A stretch of DNA of 64,000 nucleotides from a virus. The stretch covers positions 10,801 through 74,800 of IMG/VR virus record IMGVR_UViG_3300045988_103931. One strand, written 5' to 3'. A program made the position numbers and the translations under genes. Positions 61,251-64,000 of the stretch are shown here, piece by piece; position 1 is the first letter of the stretch, and each line of letters begins with the position of its first letter. The notes beneath the pieces are model-generated. The model was not told the origin of the DNA. It saw only the letters and a list, made by a program, of their open reading frames with translations, and searched no databases.

Positions 61251-61985
61251 ATGGCAAAATACCTTGACGATACAGGTCTTTCGCATTTTTGGAGCAAAAT
61301 CAAAGCCTTGTTTGTGCCACAAACGAGAACGGTAAATGGCAAGGCTTTATCCTCTAATATCGCGTTGACAGCTACCGATGTAGGTGCGCTTGATAAAGAT
61401 TATGCGCCGCCAGTCACACTAATTGAGAACACAGATCAAACGAAAAAGAAGCCGCTCCGCTCGTTAGATAGTGGTACATATGTACTCAAAGGTTATTTCA
61501 CCTCTTATGCGGGAGGAACTGAATCATACACATTCAGTACTGGAATGTTAGTGGCAATAGTCAAAACCACAAGTGTGTCATATGTGCAAATTTTCTATGC
61601 AAAAGGCAACACCGTTCAATATCTGGAAATTTCAGATGAAGATGTCATAAGAAATGACGCAAAGCTCACAATCGTGGAATCAACAGCAAACAAGGTAACT
61701 GCCATTGATGGTGATGCAGATGATTATCAATATCCGTCAGCGAAAGCAGTTTACGATATAACAAATGGCAAACTCGACAAGGCGGGTGGCACTATGACGG
61801 GAAGGCTGATTTTGTCGGGAATGCCGACCCGTTTAAATGACGCTGCAAGTAAAGCTTATGTCGACATCAAAACTGGCGGTCTTCCGACAAATTATGTTGA
61901 GGAGACATGGACTTTCGCCCTTGAGGATGGTTCGGAAGTCGCGAAGACGGTTTTAGTGTACGACGCATCGGGAGCGCTTGACTGA
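61251..61985 (+). CDS. fibre protein paralogue
   Basis: AGGAGGGAG SD. N-terminus MAKYLDDTGLSHFWSKIK paralogous to 60402. Confidence 0.55.
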   Translation: MAKYLDDTGLSHFWSKIKALFVPQTRTVNGKALSSNIALTATDVGALDKDYAPPVTLIENTDQTKKKPLRSLDSGTYVLKGYFTSYAGGTESYTFSTGMLVAIVKTTSVSYVQIFYAKGNTVQYLEISDEDVIRNDAKLTIVESTANKVTAIDGDADDYQYPSAKAVYDITNGKLDKAGGTMTGRLILSGMPTRLNDAASKAYVDIKTGGLPTNYVEETWTFALEDGSEVAKTVLVYDASGALD

Positions 61986-61986
61986 T

Positions 61987-62373
61987 ATGGCGGATTTTAA
62001 TTTTAAAGGCGTGACGGCTATTAGGTTGCCGGAGGGACTTGTTACAGAGGTTAAGGACGCAGAAGGAAACTTGCTGTGGCGTTCAAACGCAAACTCATGG
62101 ACGCTTAAAGAAGCCGCGATAGAAACGCTGATTGAAACTATAGCTAACACGCCTCGTATAACGTGCTACTCGACGATAGATGTCAGCAGTAACGGAACAA
62201 TCACGCTATCGGGAAGAGGCTTAGTATTACCAACTACAATGAACGCGACGTATCCCTATTATAAGGGGACAAACGGCATTATTTGCCGTCGCTCGCGTAG
62301 TGTAACAAGCGGAACGGGATTCGAACGCAAAATCGCTATATACGGCTATGTCATCACGGCGGTGCAGGAGTAA
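61987..62373 (+). CDS. hypothetical structural protein
   Basis: ATG 61987 directly after the upstream TGA. Confidence 0.5.
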   Translation: MADFNFKGVTAIRLPEGLVTEVKDAEGNLLWRSNANSWTLKEAAIETLIETIANTPRITCYSTIDVSSNGTITLSGRGLVLPTTMNATYPYYKGTNGIICRRSRSVTSGTGFERKIAIYGYVITAVQE

Positions 62374-62463
62374 AACACATGGAAATTACAATCAACGCGC
62401 AAACGCTTATTACTGTGGCGGCGGTGCTATCAGCGAGGATAAGTTGATTAAAGGGGGAAAAAC

Positions 62464-62643
62464 ATGGACGAAGGAAATGTGGTTGTAATTGATAATCTTG
62501 TTTCCACAAGTAGAACTGACGCGCTTTCGGCACGGCAAGGAAAAATCTTGAATGAAAAGATTGTAAACATTGAATCAATAATCGATGATGTTGCAACCGA
62601 TAACGACATTGACGCAATTTTCACAAATAACGCATCGAACTAA
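62464..62643 (+). CDS. small fibre-related protein (59 aa)
   Basis: Below the track cutoff. AAAGGGGGAAAAAC SD. DNLVSTSRTDALSARQGKIL matches DNLTSESTTSALSAAQGKAL in 60402-61238. Confidence 0.5.
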   Translation: MDEGNVVVIDNLVSTSRTDALSARQGKILNEKIVNIESIIDDVATDNDIDAIFTNNASN

Positions 62644-62668
62644 ATTTATAAATTCGGAGGAACATTTC

Positions 62669-63196
62669 ATGTTTATCAAACTTGCTCAACTCACACGATT
62701 CTGGACTAACGCAAAGAACTACATTGCGGACGGCTATGTGGCGAAGGAAACAGGTAGGGGGCTGTCTACAAACGATTTGACAGCCACACTGAAAACAAAC
62801 TATGACGCAGCTTATACGCATTCTCGGACAAACCACGCACCCGCAGGAGCGCAAGCAAACGTCATTGAAACAATCAAGCTCAATGGAACGGCATTAACGC
62901 CCTCAAGCAAGGCGGTCAATATCACCGTTCCGACAAAAGTTTCTGAACTCTCTGACGCTAACGATTATGCGAAGAAGTCACAACTCGGCAACGTCTATAA
63001 GTATTCTGGTTCTGTTGCGAATTATGCTGCTCTGCCCACACTGGGTGCGCTTGGAGCAAATGACCCCGCTCCCGTATATGACTGCGCCGATACAGGCAAA
63101 AACTACGCATGGAACGGAACTGCATGGGATGATTTGGGCGGTACATTTTCCTTGGATGTTGCTACAGACGCACAGATTGACGCTCTCTTTGAGTGA
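62669..63196 (+). CDS. fibre/structural protein
   Basis: ATG 62669 after GGAGGAAC. GLSTNDLTATLKTNYDAAY fibre motif. Confidence 0.55.
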   Translation: MFIKLAQLTRFWTNAKNYIADGYVAKETGRGLSTNDLTATLKTNYDAAYTHSRTNHAPAGAQANVIETIKLNGTALTPSSKAVNITVPTKVSELSDANDYAKKSQLGNVYKYSGSVANYAALPTLGALGANDPAPVYDCADTGKNYAWNGTAWDDLGGTFSLDVATDAQIDALFE

Positions 63197-63215
63197 GTGA
63201 AAGGGAGGCATGATA

Positions 63216-63842
63216 ATGCCCATTGTCGATTTAAACGGGCTGAATCGCTTTCTGAGCAAGGTAAAAACGCTTATCAATGAAAAGATAGCAAATATCAGCA
63301 CACCGACACCGTGGAAATACTCATACAACACAGCGGGTGATGTTTTGGGATTGGTGCGAGATGTTGAAGCGCACTCCGTAACCAAAAGCGTTTTGCCGTA
63401 TGCGGTTGAAGCTACTGGAGTGACGGATGAAGCAAACGCATATCACGACACCACGAATGAAACGTATGCGTCAATGCCAACAGGAACGGACAGTCGAACA
63501 GCAAAGATATATATCGACACACAGATACCTCAAACGGTATCGAACGCGACTATATTATTTAAAATCGGTACAAGCAACATCTCACAGGCTGTATGGAACG
63601 AGAGGAAGTACACTGTTAAATGTGGCGGCGTAACGCTTGCACATGGTGATTTTCCACTCAAAACAATGGGAACGGTCATAACCGTAACAGGAACGCTCAC
63701 ATCGCCGATTATTGAGATAGATATCACGGCAAAGACAACCGTAGATCAGTATGTCAGAATATTCGGTGCGCAAATGAACGCCACTTATACAGCCACAAAA
63801 GAGTGGATATCGTTAATACGAAATAATCAACTTGCGAAATAA
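63216..63842 (+). CDS. hypothetical structural protein
   Basis: ATG 63216, 8 nt after AAGGGAGG. Confidence 0.5.
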   Translation: MPIVDLNGLNRFLSKVKTLINEKIANISTPTPWKYSYNTAGDVLGLVRDVEAHSVTKSVLPYAVEATGVTDEANAYHDTTNETYASMPTGTDSRTAKIYIDTQIPQTVSNATILFKIGTSNISQAVWNERKYTVKCGGVTLAHGDFPLKTMGTVITVTGTLTSPIIEIDITAKTTVDQYVRIFGAQMNATYTATKEWISLIRNNQLAK

Positions 63843-63863
63843 AAATGAATAGGAGAAATCAAC

Positions 63864-64000
63864 ATGACGTGGGAAATACTTGCGGCACTAATTACAATAG
63901 TCGGCTGCCTTGTTACTCTCGGCACGGTGCTTGTCAAGGTCACAAACAAGCTAACACAAACACTGACTGGACTTGATGATACTCTGAAGAATCTTCAAAG
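63864..64000 (+). CDS. membrane-anchored protein, 3'-truncated by window edge
   Basis: AGGAGA SD. N-terminal TM WEILAALITIVGCLVTLGTVLV. ORF is still open at the window end. Confidence 0.45.
   Translation, partial: MTWEILAALITIVGCLVTLGTVLVKVTNKLTQTLTGLDDTLKNLQ

Overview
The window is almost entirely one AT-rich tailed dsDNA temperate phage or prophage of a low-GC Gram-positive host (AGGAGG-type Shine-Dalgarno sites, frequent GTG/TTG starts, ATGA/TAATG coupled genes). No clear host genes are present. About 125 genes are packed on the + strand. The only minus-strand block is the lysogeny module at 26.9-29.2 kb: CI-like repressor, large serine integrase, and a degenerate resolvase-domain protein.

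Gene order:
- tail fibres/tail spike, two holins and a GH25 endolysin (0-5.5 kb)
- a non-coding block of short promoter-terminator units (5.6-6.3 kb)
- about 20 kb of early/accessory genes (6.3-26.9 kb)
- lysogeny module
- recombination/replication genes: ERF, YqaJ-like exonuclease, NinB-like, SSB, DnaD-like organiser, DnaC-like loader, ThyX-like, sigma factor, RusA, dUTPase
- a 7-deazaguanine module (ParB-like, DpdA-like, QueF-like, YhhQ-like)
- terminase, portal, Mu-F-like head protein, four tRNAs, scaffold, major capsid, connectors and fibre-like proteins

No tape measure or tail tube gene is visible.

Most notable observations:
1. An operon with a tandemly duplicated triad (orphan protein, PAPS-reductase/IbrA-like PP-loop enzyme, ParB/IbrB-like protein). 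It is preceded by an SNF2 ATPase and capped by a DPPC methyltransferase-like protein. This is my best candidate for an undescribed DNA-modification or anti-restriction system.
2. The import-dependent DpdA/QueF-like/YhhQ module.
3. Several families of dispersed conserved non-coding elements: an about 65-bp promoter/operator cassette in 8 copies plus variants, a three-hairpin RNA element in 3 copies with covariation, hairpin-SD elements, and a stop-codon-linked motif.
4. A strand-asymmetric G/T-rich 170-bp island.
5. A duplicated iteron block suggesting two origins.

All functional calls come from motifs read by eye. No database search was run.
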